Below, in pieces: positions 56,157 through 64,000 of a DNA stretch of 64,000 nucleotides (the stretch's first letter is position 1; each line of letters begins with the position of its first letter). Origin of the DNA: a virus. Taxonomy: Duplodnaviria > Caudoviricetes. The notes below the pieces were generated by a model that made no database searches, was not told where the DNA came from, and worked only from the letters and a program-made list of their open reading frames with translations. The stretch covers positions 32,001 to 96,000 of IMG/VR virus record IMGVR_UViG_2687453683_000002, one strand, 5' to 3'. Both the position numbers and the translations under genes were made by a program.

Positions 56157-56572
56157 TTACTGTCCTCCATGTTGCCAGGCTTAGTATTTAGTCATGAGAG
56201 CATTACTTTTGCTATGAATGAAAAAACTTGCCTACCCTTAAATACTTCAAATGAATGAAAGTTTTGTGGATCAATAAACGTTGAATCAATTAAAATTATG
56301 TAATCAGACCCGTATTAGAACTTATATTCAAACGATAAACTGCACGATTCATGAGTAGTGAGTTTTTAACCATACTACTATCAATCATTTCTCACCATCC
56401 TTTATAAGTCATGAATAGTAATTATCCATTTTAGGATCATAGTTTTCTTTCATACAAATACACTTAAATTTATTTATGGCTTTAATCCTTTAAACTGAGC
56501 CGCAGTTAGATTTATGTTCCGCGATTCTCACGGCTCCATTACCTAATATCATAATTCACTAACCAGACGGAT

Positions 56573-56740
56573 CTAACTGGATGATGTTTTTGTATCATTG
56601 TTGTGTTGATTTATTAATTCATCTAATAGTTCGGATTGACTGATAACCAGAGAATGTTCAATACCGTGGATGCTAACTAACTTGTTTAAGACATACCTCT
56701 CTTGTTCTATTTTTTCTTTAATTGTAGGATTAGTTGACAT
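56573..56740 (-). CDS. Spo0E-like aspartyl-phosphate phosphatase (55 aa, not in ORF track)
   Basis: MSTNPTIKEKIEQERYVLNKLVSIHGIEHSLVISQSELLDELINQHNNDTKTSSS; RBS GAGGTG; SQELD-like motif. Confidence 0.75.
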   Translation of the reverse strand: MSTNPTIKEKIEQERYVLNKLVSIHGIEHSLVISQSELLDELINQHNNDTKTSSS

Positions 56741-56819
56741 CGCCAATCACCTCTATAACTAATCCTATCTCTTTCTATTCAAATTCAAGACTGGTGAATT
56801 TATACAAAAAAGACAATTA

Positions 56820-56845
56820 AAAAAACCTCCATTCCAGGAGGTTTT
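56820..56845 (-). terminator. Terminator after peptide gene
   Basis: AAAACCTCC/GGAGGTTTT stem. Confidence 0.75.
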
Positions 56846-56863
56846 GGACATTATTATTCTGTT

Positions 56864-57016
56864 TTACCAACCGCCAGCACCGTGTGAGCTCGTTTTTATT
56901 ATGGAAATATCTTTTTTTGGAATAACTTCGTTGTTACCAGCTGATACCTGATTAAGTGGAGCAATTACCAAAATTGCTAAAGTCACGGCCAAAGATGCGA
57001 TCATCATCTTCTTCAT
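56864..57016 (-). CDS. aloP: Secreted signalling pro-peptide (AloP-like, 50 aa, not in ORF track)
   Basis: MKKMMIASLAVTLAILVIAPLNQVSA-GNNEVIPKKDISIIKTSSHGAGGW; ATGA overlap with receptor gene. Confidence 0.8.
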   Translation of the reverse strand: MKKMMIASLAVTLAILVIAPLNQVSAGNNEVIPKKDISIIKTSSHGAGGW

Positions 57017-58386
57017 ATAACTAATTCTACCTCCTTTAAAATTGCTTTATACTTATCTAGTTGATCCTCTGTCGCTAAATGCCTCAATTTCTCAAATAAA
57101 CAGAAGCATCTGACCAGATAAGTATCATTATTTAGTTTAGCAGATATTGCCAAACTATCTAACACAAAGATTATACCAATACTAGGACGCAGAGATCTAA
57201 TATAATATTCAGCTAAATCAGCTAAGAAAATCACAAATCTGTCGTTAATTACTTGCGAAGTGTACGTTCCCACCCTTTTTTGGGAGATTACCTGATTATG
57301 AATCATATCATGGTAACGCTCTAAAATGTGGTCGATGTTGAAGGAGTATTTCAGCGCTGCTCTGACAACTTTGAATAGACCTAGAAGTATTTCGTTATCA
57401 TTGTTAGCCAGGGAATCTACATACTTATCAATAAGATCGATATCCCCTGTCATTATTCTATAAAGCATTCTATTAGCGGCGGACCAGACTAAAAATTGTT
57501 TCTTAGTATGTTCAGCAGCAGCGTCAGTTTCAACGATCCAACTGTGATCCTCATATTTTTCTAAATGGTAAAAAGCTTCATTGAAATCCTGAGCCTCTTC
57601 AGCGACTGTCCCTAATAGCAAATGTGAATACAATATATATCCAAACAACATTTTTTTGGGAGCAGTTGATTCTACCTTATTGCCTGTTCTTTTATGTTTT
57701 AGATCATATTGTATTCTAGCTATTCGACCCATTTCAGTGCTTAATTGTTTTGCCTTCTCCCACTTCTGCAAAGAAACGTATACGTTAGCTAGATCTTTCA
57801 ACGCATCTAACTGTTCTGATTCACTTAGCCTTTTGACAAACGGCTCGAATACTAGAGCAAGCTCATAATTAATTTGCTGGTCATCCCCTAGTGATAATTT
57901 AAAGATTCTATATTGGCATATCGCCAACCTTTCGGCGTGCTGATAACGTTCTCCTTCTGAGACTTTTTTATAGATAAGAAGTGATGCCGTGGTGTTGCCT
58001 CCTTCAAACAGAGACTCAGCAAAATTAAATAAAGAAGAAATATAGTAAGATTTCTCCAACATAAGATCAACAATTTTTTCAATACAGGTTAGCTTATTTA
58101 ACTGTGAGCATCTAATTAGAAACGGCCGTAACCTTCTCCAATCTGTTGATGGATCAATTAGCAGCTCATCTACATATAAATCATAAAAAGTGCCCTCTTC
58201 AAGTCCCATTGTGTATGTCATTCTATCAAGAGCTTTGATCGGAATGAGTTGAGAACCATTTATGAAACGACTCAGAGTTCCAGAATTAATACCCGATATT
58301 TCAGCAAAATGATAAACAAGCATTTGGTTTTCTTCTATGTAATTTAACAACTCTGCCCGAATTGATTGTTGAGTTATCACTTCCAA
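57013..58386 (-). CDS. aloR: RRNPP-family HTH-TPR peptide receptor (AloR-like)
   Basis: N-terminal XRE HTH (FAEISGINSGTLSRFING) plus helical TPR-like body; TTG start after GGAGGTG. Confidence 0.8.
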   Translation of the reverse strand: MEVITQQSIRAELLNYIEENQMLVYHFAEISGINSGTLSRFINGSQLIPIKALDRMTYTMGLEEGTFYDLYVDELLIDPSTDWRRLRPFLIRCSQLNKLTCIEKIVDLMLEKSYYISSLFNFAESLFEGGNTTASLLIYKKVSEGERYQHAERLAICQYRIFKLSLGDDQQINYELALVFEPFVKRLSESEQLDALKDLANVYVSLQKWEKAKQLSTEMGRIARIQYDLKHKRTGNKVESTAPKKMLFGYILYSHLLLGTVAEEAQDFNEAFYHLEKYEDHSWIVETDAAAEHTKKQFLVWSAANRMLYRIMTGDIDLIDKYVDSLANNDNEILLGLFKVVRAALKYSFNIDHILERYHDMIHNQVISQKRVGTYTSQVINDRFVIFLADLAEYYIRSLRPSIGIIFVLDSLAISAKLNNDTYLVRCFCLFEKLRHLATEDQLDKYKAILKEVELVI

Positions 58387-59222
58387 GGATGATTTCACCT
58401 CCACTGATAATCCATTTTTTATGTCTTTATTATCTATATAGGTATCATATGGATTATTCTACCATCGGTCAATGGTTTTTCTGCAATAATACTTGAACAA
58501 TTGAATTTCGCAGAATTATTAGTTAACTTTTCATACGAACAAAAAAAGGTACCAAAGAACCCAGCCCATTTAGGAACTTCATCTAAAATTAGATTTGATG
58601 TTGAACCAGTAATCACTAGTATATTGGAAATTGTTTAAACAATCGACTTATCTAATCTTTCTAGAAGACTACTTACAACCAACACATATACAGTCTATGA
58701 TTAGCTTCCTTGCGCTTGTATTTTTAAAGACAAGAACCCCGATCAAAATATAATGATTGGGGTTTGTGTAAAAATAATATTCTAATCACTTTATGAGTTT
58801 GTAATTATAGTTCCTACTAGGATGAATCACGAGTCATTCTCAAACTTGTGCAACTTTACTGGTAAAATTCCCTCTCCCTTCACATTACTCTGGTTGGCAA
58901 ACTTCTCTAAAGCTTCCAAACATGCTTGTCTTTTAATTACGTCATTTCATTCTGATGGGCATAACTCTTTCTCCTCAGGAGACTGTCCATTTTTGGAAAT
59001 GCATAAGTTCCTCTTCTTGATTCTCAACCCAACCTAGCCTCAAAATTTCCTTGTATTGTAACTATTATTATTTTTTAATGTAAAGACAAATAAAATCTAT
59101 TACAATGGCGTTAGATCAGTATTTTGCAATTAAGATTCTTTCATGAAAAAAGCCTTAGAGTTCTTAAACTCTAAGGCTAAAATTATTTTCACAAACACCA
59201 CTTATTATAGATTCAGGAGTTA

Positions 59223-59747
59223 TTAGGTTATTTCATTCAATATATTAAGGGTTTTAAAAGCTGTTAGAGCATTAGCTTTTGAAGCATATATCTGTGGGCT
59301 CTCCAAATTGCTTAACTGAAAAATCTCTCCTGATTCAAAAACGATAAATCTTCTGAGTAAATCAACTAATCTCTCTTGATCTAGATCTTTATAAGCCTCT
59401 GATGTAAATGTTGCCAAAATATGATCAAAATCGACTTGTTTACTCCTCGCTATATAGGCATTATAATCAAAAGCCGCAATCGTAAAATTTTCCGGTAATG
59501 CGTATATTTCAAGTGATTCTAAATATTCCGCTTTTTCGAAAGATTTTAATAGTTTTTTTTCAGTACGAACCAACGTCCTGAGCTTTCCACCTTGGAATGA
59601 ATCACCTGAAATTCCGATATAATTAGGCTTAAAATTTAAACTGGTAATAATCTCTTTTGAAATATGATAAAAATCATTCCACTGATTGATATTATTTGGT
59701 TCGATTTGCCCATATAATACTATCGATGTTGTTAATCTTTCCTCCAT
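59223..59747 (-). CDS. Putative Rhs immunity protein
   Basis: Starts 12 bp after the toxin stop with RBS GGAGG; acidic and AT-rich; terminator at about 59146-59178. Confidence 0.75.
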   Translation of the reverse strand: MEERLTTSIVLYGQIEPNNINQWNDFYHISKEIITSLNFKPNYIGISGDSFQGGKLRTLVRTEKKLLKSFEKAEYLESLEIYALPENFTIAAFDYNAYIARSKQVDFDHILATFTSEAYKDLDQERLVDLLRRFIVFESGEIFQLSNLESPQIYASKANALTAFKTLNILNEIT

Positions 59748-59759
59748 GTACTACCTCCG

Positions 59760-62700
59760 TTATTTTTTTGGTGGCAAAATATAGATGTCGCCTGCTCTAT
59801 TCCCCATAAGTCTTTGATTGTCCTGCATCCGTTTTATTAAATCAGAAACTCTATCAGTTTTACTCGGAACCTCATATTGATCTATTTTACCGTCTCTTCT
59901 AACTGACATTATATCAGGTCTTCTATTAGGGCTGATGCCCTTTATCTCATTCCCCATTCCTTTATTAAGATATACCTTAACAATATCCTTACTTTGAGCT
60001 AATTTTGTAGCTTTTTCGGTCATTGCCTCCCAGTGACCAGGTGTTTTGTTAGTATGCGGCTTGCTTGGATATACAATCTTAGAATTAGTTGTAGTAGATT
60101 TTACGGTTTGACTTACTCTCGACGCCTGAATTGATCTAACTTCAGACTTCAGCGAATCAACAGATGGGGGCTTTACAAATTTTAAACTACTGGATGATCT
60201 TGAGCTATTCGGTGTTCTAAAAGTTATTCGGCTTACTGGAGAAATCCCTCCTCCACCGCCACCTGGACTCATTTCTTCTCTATGACCACTAGGATCAACA
60301 TAAATCAGTGGATTGTTCTTAACATACGCATACAAATTCAAACTCAGCGGATCGTTTAGCTCACCCTCAAAAGTGTCCTCATTAATAAACCTACCCGTAT
60401 TCGGATCATACCATCGCGCACGCAAATACTGCAACTGAGCCGTATCATCCCATAGCTCGCCAGAGTACAAGAAAGGATTATGAACTTTCTCCTCTTTCGA
60501 CTCGACGTTCCCCCAGGCGTCAAACTCATACTTGTTCAGCAACGCACCGTTGGCATCCCGCAGCTCGGTAACATCTCCGTGTCCGTTCGTTTGCACATAC
60601 GCCTTGCTACCAGTCGCATAGACAATAGCTTCCAGCTTAGCACCACGAATATAGTTGGCCTTTAGTTCCGGCGTGCCATTGCGCACCTCAGCTTCAGCAA
60701 TGATCTGAGCAACATCATCATAGTAATAACGAGTGGTCACACCATTTTCAGCACGTTCAACCAGCAGATTGTCACCATTGTACTGATATCCCACTTTTGC
60801 TGTATCTGTGGTGACTTGAGTCAAACGATCTCGGGTATCATACTGATACTCGGTCTTCACCGTGTTAACTTCCTTGTCCGACTGCATCGTCAGGCGGTTG
60901 CCTTGTTTGTCATATGTGTACTGCTCGTTATTACCACTTGCCGTAACAATGCGATCGAGCTGGTCATACGTAAAGTCATCTTGAACGCCCTGCTGTACAC
61001 GCTTCGTTATATTTTTGTTGTTATCATAACTGTAGCTGTATACACCTAAAATAGCTTCATCACGCACTTGCTCCAGACCGACAAGATCCAGACCGTTATA
61101 CGTTTTGCGATCTTTCACACCATTTTGAAACTGTGATGACTTAAACAATCCATTCAGGTAATACGAATACTGCGCATCTGGTGCATCCTTCTCTGTTCCC
61201 ACCGAAGTCATTCGGTTCATTGTGTCATACGTGTAATAGACGGTGTTGCCAAACGGCCCCTTCATCTCGGTTCGATTGCCACTCAGATCATAGATGAACT
61301 CGATTGTAAGCCCATCCGGATAGGAGAGTCGTGTCAATTGTTCCGTCGCTGAATCATATTGATATCCTGTTGTACCCGTGCGGTCTGTCATACTTGTACG
61401 TTTACCTACAGCATCTACAGCATAACTGATCGTTTCGTCTGAGCTCACTTTACGGAGCAAGTTACCGCGCAAATCATACTCATATGTGAATGTATTTCCA
61501 TTGCGATCCACATATTTCGTCAGGTTACCGCCAGGTGTATAGTAACTTTTCGTAGCGTTGCCTGACTTGTCCTTCGTCTGAATACGGCGATTAAGCTGAT
61601 CATACCTATTCTCTTTGATGTTACCCGCTGGATCAATCGTCTTGAGTAGATTGCCTGCAAGATCGTAGCTGTATTGTGTCTGTTCCCCATTAGCGCTGGT
61701 CACTTGGCGAAGCTGCCCCATGACATCATAACTGAACGCGGTGATGTTACCGTTGCCATCCGTTTGCTCCAGCGTTTGACCGCTAATGTTATCGTATTTA
61801 TTTTGCTCCAGTATTCGGGAAACTTGATCAATCTGTGTTTTCTCTTCTGTTTTGATATCTTTGCCCCACTTGTCGTAGGTGGAAATCTGGATGTAACCTT
61901 CGGCATCGGTACTTGTCGCTGTGCGAGCTACATCATCATATTTCATGGATATGGACGTACCATCGGCTCCAGTGGTCATTACCACACGGCTCCAGTTATC
62001 GTACGTATTACGTATGCGATTACCCAGTGCATCGTCTGTCCAGGTAGCTCGGCCATACGGATCATACCCGGTACGCTGAGATACCACGTAACTGTTCCCT
62101 GAGAAATAACCGTTTTCGATCGCTTGACCTAGTGAATTCCATTTGATCAAACGTTGTTGTCCGAGCTCATCCGTCACTTTGATCGTATTGTTGATATCAT
62201 CATAATCCGCGCGGAGCATGGTTCCGTCTGGTTGTGTCACTTCAGTGGTTCGACCAACGGCATCCAAGCGATATTTTGTTGTACGTTGCTCTGCATCCGT
62301 AGATGCAATTAATGCACCCGTAGACAAGTCATATTCCGATAATGAGTTTATCTGTGTTGTTTGACCATCCACATCGGTTACCATCGTGCTTAGACGAGTT
62401 GGAAATGCGTTTTGATAACGACCATCATATTCGAGTGTCGCATTTCGTTCCTGTTTGCCATCCGATATCCGTTGAGTTAATAAGTTGCCATAGGCATCAT
62501 AGGTGTAATCTGCCTGTGTCAACAGTTCACCACTGGTACTGTCTTTACGGTTCACAATTTGCTTAATTTTACCCAGGTTATCCCGTGTAAGAGCCGTATA
62601 TTTCTTGTTGGTTGCATCCACCATGTCGGTGACACTCATTAACCAGTGTCTGGTATCATCATACGTACTAGTGGTGGTGCGTCCCGTTGCATCCGTTACC

Positions 62701-64000
62701 GAGGTGATATTGCCGTAGTCATCCAACTGTACGGTGGTCGTTAATACGTCCTTAGCCTGGTTATCCGTTACAGTAGTGACCGTTGGTGTTGGTGCAGCAT
62801 AACCACGTCCTTTGACGGTTTTACCATAGGTATTCGTTGTTGTTTGGGTCTTACCCTCTGCATTAACAATGGTTCCGTCCAGATAGAACTGGGCTGGTGT
62901 ATCATTGTTAATAAAATCTTTACGGTAGTTATATTGTGTGTTGGTTAATCCATTACTCACCGAGACAGCAAAAGTTGTGTCCTGTGAAAATGTTGCTCCT
63001 AGATCTGAGGTGTAGCTATACGTTTGACGGTTGAAATCCTCTGTTGTTCCATTTTCATACGTAATCTGATCTTTACGAGAAAGCACACGATAGGCATCAT
63101 TGAACGAATCTTCACCAATGTAACGCTTAACTGTTCCATTCTCATATTCATAGAACGTTTTGGCCCCCGTGTTATGTTGTACAGATGTTAGCAAAGCATA
63201 CGGATTAAGCGCCGCACGTTCCGGGCTGAATCCAGGTAGGTTAAACTTGGCATCAGCCAATTTGTAAGAATAGGTTGTTTTTCGTCCCAGCGGATCGATG
63301 ACCGAATCGAGTAGTTCGATGCCATTTTTCGTTTGTTTGTTATACGTGACTGTACGGTTTCCTTGCACGATCGTTACAGTTGAAGAACTATAGCTGATAC
63401 GAATGGTATTACCAATAGCATCCTTCACTTGGGTTAACAATTTGCTGTTATACACCGAATTATTTTCATAGAAAAATTGAACATCATTTTTCTGCCCATC
63501 GGAAATCTGGAGTAGATGTCCATCCACAGAAAAATATTGCTTGGTTAATCCATCTGAAGAAGTCATGACGAGAGATGAGGTTTCACCATTTACCGTTACC
63601 GAGGTATTTGGATTTACTGTAATCCCTTCCCAGTCATAGCCTTTAAGCGTGTTACTTGCAATTTCATAGCGGCCCCCATCTGCCATGACCATATACGACT
63701 TGCCATTCTCCGTTTCAATGTAAGGCAGTTTCCAGGACCATCCCTTACCAAGTGGTGCTCGTTTGTCTGAAGCAGCAGGAACCGTTTTGTTGTAGTAAGT
63801 GACATCAAAGTTACTACCTACTTGATAAGCACGTATCTCAGCAGATGGACTAGAAGCCAGATAATAGTTGTAGCTACTATCCATTGAAGTAGAGATCCCT
63901 TTTCCAGCATTACTATTTACGATATTTTTCAAATCGTTAACTGCTGACCAATCGGGTGTACCATCCGTATATAAAGTGATAGTCTCAGCAGGACCTTCTG
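59760..64000 (-). CDS. Rhs/YD-repeat polymorphic toxin (5'-partial) with PD-(D/E)xK-like nuclease tip
   Basis: YD repeats; core YLRARWYDP...GRF...NLYAYVKNNPLIYVDPSGH; tip RRPDI...QYEVPS; frame open to window end. Confidence 0.9.
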   Translation of the reverse strand, partial: EGPAETITLYTDGTPDWSAVNDLKNIVNSNAGKGISTSMDSSYNYYLASSPSAEIRAYQVGSNFDVTYYNKTVPAASDKRAPLGKGWSWKLPYIETENGKSYMVMADGGRYEIASNTLKGYDWEGITVNPNTSVTVNGETSSLVMTSSDGLTKQYFSVDGHLLQISDGQKNDVQFFYENNSVYNSKLLTQVKDAIGNTIRISYSSSTVTIVQGNRTVTYNKQTKNGIELLDSVIDPLGRKTTYSYKLADAKFNLPGFSPERAALNPYALLTSVQHNTGAKTFYEYENGTVKRYIGEDSFNDAYRVLSRKDQITYENGTTEDFNRQTYSYTSDLGATFSQDTTFAVSVSNGLTNTQYNYRKDFINNDTPAQFYLDGTIVNAEGKTQTTTNTYGKTVKGRGYAAPTPTVTTVTDNQAKDVLTTTVQLDDYGNITSVTDATGRTTTSTYDDTRHWLMSVTDMVDATNKKYTALTRDNLGKIKQIVNRKDSTSGELLTQADYTYDAYGNLLTQRISDGKQERNATLEYDGRYQNAFPTRLSTMVTDVDGQTTQINSLSEYDLSTGALIASTDAEQRTTKYRLDAVGRTTEVTQPDGTMLRADYDDINNTIKVTDELGQQRLIKWNSLGQAIENGYFSGNSYVVSQRTGYDPYGRATWTDDALGNRIRNTYDNWSRVVMTTGADGTSISMKYDDVARTATSTDAEGYIQISTYDKWGKDIKTEEKTQIDQVSRILEQNKYDNISGQTLEQTDGNGNITAFSYDVMGQLRQVTSANGEQTQYSYDLAGNLLKTIDPAGNIKENRYDQLNRRIQTKDKSGNATKSYYTPGGNLTKYVDRNGNTFTYEYDLRGNLLRKVSSDETISYAVDAVGKRTSMTDRTGTTGYQYDSATEQLTRLSYPDGLTIEFIYDLSGNRTEMKGPFGNTVYYTYDTMNRMTSVGTEKDAPDAQYSYYLNGLFKSSQFQNGVKDRKTYNGLDLVGLEQVRDEAILGVYSYSYDNNKNITKRVQQGVQDDFTYDQLDRIVTASGNNEQYTYDKQGNRLTMQSDKEVNTVKTEYQYDTRDRLTQVTTDTAKVGYQYNGDNLLVERAENGVTTRYYYDDVAQIIAEAEVRNGTPELKANYIRGAKLEAIVYATGSKAYVQTNGHGDVTELRDANGALLNKYEFDAWGNVESKEEKVHNPFLYSGELWDDTAQLQYLRARWYDPNTGRFINEDTFEGELNDPLSLNLYAYVKNNPLIYVDPSGHREEMSPGGGGGGISPVSRITFRTPNSSRSSSSLKFVKPPSVDSLKSEVRSIQASRVSQTVKSTTTNSKIVYPSKPHTNKTPGHWEAMTEKATKLAQSKDIVKVYLNKGMGNEIKGISPNRRPDIMSVRRDGKIDQYEVPSKTDRVSDLIKRMQDNQRLMGNRAGDIYILPPKK

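Larger units (their letters stand above)
43355..64000. mobile_element. Cargo end of a glnA-integrated prophage/island (right boundary outside window or uncertain)
   Basis: att repeat plus arm-type sites; AT-rich morons; SPbeta-like yolD/ligase/SRAP genes; no integrase in window. Confidence 0.6.

Noticed and set aside
58434-59037. Orphan Rhs tip/immunity modules downstream of the immunity gene
   Set aside because: No DPxG motif or convincing ORF; only AT-rich fragments

Overview
The window is from a Paenibacillus-like Firmicute (inferred from the SLH domains, an AloR/AloP-type peptide system and a glnA 3' end) and has two parts. (1) 1-43.2 kb, minus strand: about 40 kb of intact genes for a very large non-contractile (siphovirus-type) phage tail. 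These include a tail terminator, a tube protein, chaperones with a -1 frameshift, a 1750-aa tape measure protein, SLH-bearing distal tail proteins, an M23+3D hub/lysin, three paralogous baseplate proteins and an array of adhesins with variable N-termini and a shared C-terminal domain. No sheath, capsid or portal gene is visible. Where head, packaging and replication genes should be there is about 3 kb of debris (terminase-like fragment, iteron/HTH remnants, an internally deleted phosphoesterase, decaying phage tRNAs). A non-sigmaA promoter motif (GYTAR-N16-CYTATAWTG) recurs about 10 times across the locus. The best reading is a domesticated, headless, multi-adhesin giant F-type tailocin or tail-like particle. 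(2) 43.3-64 kb: a duplicated glnA 3' end with integrase arm-type repeats marks the end of an element inserted in glnA. It carries AT-rich cargo: a Schlafen/AlbA_2-HTH protein, SOS-type genes (yolD remnant, ATP-dependent ligase, SRAP), membrane/secreted morons, an AloR-AloP-Spo0E peptide signalling cassette (two small genes absent from the ORF track) and an Rhs toxin with a PD-(D/E)xK-like tip plus immunity gene. All family assignments come from motif recognition by eye; no searches were run.
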